A stretch of DNA of 64,000 bases from Neoechinorhynchus agilis (lineage: Eukaryota; Animalia; Acanthocephala). Every line of letters begins with the position of its first letter. Within the stretch, counting starts at the first letter, position 1. The notes under the pieces are model-generated. The model was not told the DNA's origin and did no database searches. It saw only the letters and a program-made list of their open reading frames with translations. This document shows positions 61,861 to 64,000 of this stretch, piece by piece. The translations under genes and the position numbers were made by a program. The DNA is taken from contig CM121342.1 in the NCBI GenBank assembly GCA_051530055.1, forward strand, positions 3,072,797 through 3,136,796. The letters run 5' to 3'.

Positions 61861-62651
61861 TGTCGGAAATCGCATTGTTATATTTCGTCAAAAGTCATAG
61901 TGAAAGATCACTAAATTTGCAAGATTCGTTAAAATTGGATAACACCATTGAAATCAGCGCATTAGATGTGCTCAAAATGTTTTATAAGATCTAACCCGCA
62001 TCTTCGCACCATGGATTAAATTAAGATGTCTTTTATGAACATCAACCTTCGAACCAAATGTTAAGGTTGACAAAGGCAAAAAACAGTAAATGCTGGTGAA
62101 ATCAGCTTTAAAATTACATCTAGAAAAGTTAATTTGATCTGATCCCCATTTTTTTAAAGCTATTCGTTTTATTTGAGTTATTTATTTGATAATTTTCGGT
62201 CTTCGCGTAGCCTTCTTTAGTCTATTGTTTCGCAAGTTTGTCAATAAATAAATCAATTATTATAATTCGGTACTCAGATTCTTGCGCGGAGTGATGTAAG
62301 GCGCGACAGGGTGACGATCGAGTCCATGATGGTACAAAAACGGATATTTTTGTGGGCAACAAATCGGATTGCACACTCAATCTGAGGATACCACCGGATA
62401 AACGAATCGGGTGCATTTTAGATAGACTGAAGAAAGCCTACGCGAAGGCCGAAAATTATCAAATAAATGAATTATCATAATTCGCTATAAAAAGTCAAAT
62501 GAAAGAAGAATTGAAAACAACGCAAGAGTTTTTGCCACCGCGCGGCAGGCTTTGGACATCTACATAGCACGGCGGAGCGTACTGATTCTTCCGGGGAAAT
62601 TACGTCACGATACGATTAATTGTTAGTTATATTTTGTTTGGTTATTGAGAA

Positions 62652-62722
62652 CGAGGCAATGCTGCCAGCGTGATGGCGACGGTCGAGGAAGGACAAAAGC
62701 TGGAATTTGGCGGGGGGCTGTG
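62652..62722 (+). mobile_element. Extreme 3' tail copy of the CRE-like element
   Basis: GGCAATGCTGCCAGCGTGATGGCGACGGTCGAGGAAGGACAAAAGCTGGAATTTGG is identical to about 35625-35680. Confidence 0.85.
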
Positions 62723-62954
62723 AGTGTGCTTCAAACGTTGCCAAAGGCGCGTAACGATTGAACGATTAAACATATAAAATGCATTTTCTTTTGAGAAAAT
62801 AGAGATTAATTTCAATTTCAATTAGCGATATTCACTAAGAAATAGATTTATATTGAAAATTTTCGGTCTTTTCGTTGGCCTTCTTCAGTCAGATTGTTTA
62901 TCGCTAATTGAAATTGAAACAATTATAATCAATTTCTTTACAAGAGGTTAATTT

Positions 62955-64000
62955 GTTATTCCGACGAGACGCACCAAAAATATCATGAAAGGGAATAAGA
63001 ATCAATAAATTAATCTCTATTTTCTCAACAACCAAACAGAATAGAAAAACTCTGGTAATCGCATATCACCCAAAAGATAAGAGTCATTTTCGAAATCAGT
63101 TTGAATTCGATACTTCAAGAAAGGGAATTCCAGTGACCAAATTCGTGTGATTAAAAAAATATAGAAAAACTTTGTCATAAAGAAGTTGTTTTCATGAATT
63201 TATTTTGTTTTGCTATTAAGAAATAGAGATTAATTCCCTGTTTCCCTTTCTCACACAATATTTTTGGTCCGTATCATCGGAAATCTTTATCTTTCAAGCA
63301 ACCTGAAGAATTCCGACGAGACGCACCAAAAATATCATGAAAGGGAATAAGAATCAATAAATTAATCTCTATTTTCTCAATAACCAAACAGAATAGAAAA
63401 ACTATGGTAATCGTATATCGCACAAAAGATAAGAGTCATTTTCGAAATCAGTTCATAGTCGATACTTCAAGAAAGGGAATTCCAGTGACCAAATTCGTAT
63501 GATTAAAAAAATATAGAAAAACTTTGTCATAAAAAGTTGTTTTCATGATTTATTTTGTTTGGCTATTAAGAAATAGAGATTAATTCCCTGTTTCCCTTTC
63601 TCACACAATATTTTTGGTCCGTATCATCGGAAATCTTTATCTTTCAAGCAACCTGAAGAATTCCGACGAGACGCACCAAAAATATCATGAAAGGGAATAA
63701 GAATCAATAAATTAATCTCTATTTTCTCAACAACCAAACAGAATAGAAAAACTATGGTAATCGTATATCGCACAAAAGATAAGAGTCATTTTCGAAATCA
63801 GTTCATAGTCGATACTTCAAGAAAGGGAATTCCAGTGACCAAATTCGTATGATTAAAATAATATAGAAAAACTTTGTCATAAAAAAGTTGTTTTCATGGA
63901 TTTATTTTGTTTGGCTATTAAGAAATAGAGATTAATTCCCTGTTTCCCTTTCTCACACAATATTTTTGGTCCGTATCATCGGAAATCTTTATCTTTCAAG
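62955..64000. repeat. Tandem repeat, about 350-352 bp unit, 3 copies, running off the window end
   Basis: TTCCGACGAGACGCACCAAAAATATCATG at about 62959, 63311 and 63661. Confidence 0.95.

Overview
AT-rich animal genomic DNA using the standard genetic code. The proteins are strongly diverged and look bilaterian, but the taxon cannot be fixed from this window. Most spliceosomal introns are short GT-AG (about 24-55 nt), with a few long ones. Recognisable genes: a sulfotransferase, an Evi1/MECOM/PRDM16-type zinc-finger factor, rps12, a kelch-like protein, proteasome subunit RPN1/PSMD2, a PAN/apple-domain gene with a nested antisense CRP-type LIM gene, tRNA-Gln(CUG), a duplicated pair of small secreted-protein genes, a K-Cl cotransporter (SLC12/KCC), a short-collagen-motif protein and a two-Ig-domain membrane protein. 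These lie among satellites, MITE-like elements, a tRNA-derived SINE and decayed Penelope, RTE and CRE-like retroelements. Main observation: the coding exons of three conserved genes (MECOM-like, RPN1 twice, KCC twice) are interrupted by five stop-containing insertions of 49, 999, 1210, 556 and 1318 nt that lack usable GT-AG ends. Each is flanked by TA on both sides and carries short terminal inverted repeats (TIRs) just inside the TAs, with a different TIR sequence in each element. Removing each insertion plus one TA restores the reading frame and the conserved protein motif. This suggests either Paramecium-IES-like precise programmed DNA excision in an animal or a structure-defined class of non-canonical introns. 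All homolog comparisons are from recalled consensus sequences; no database search was run.
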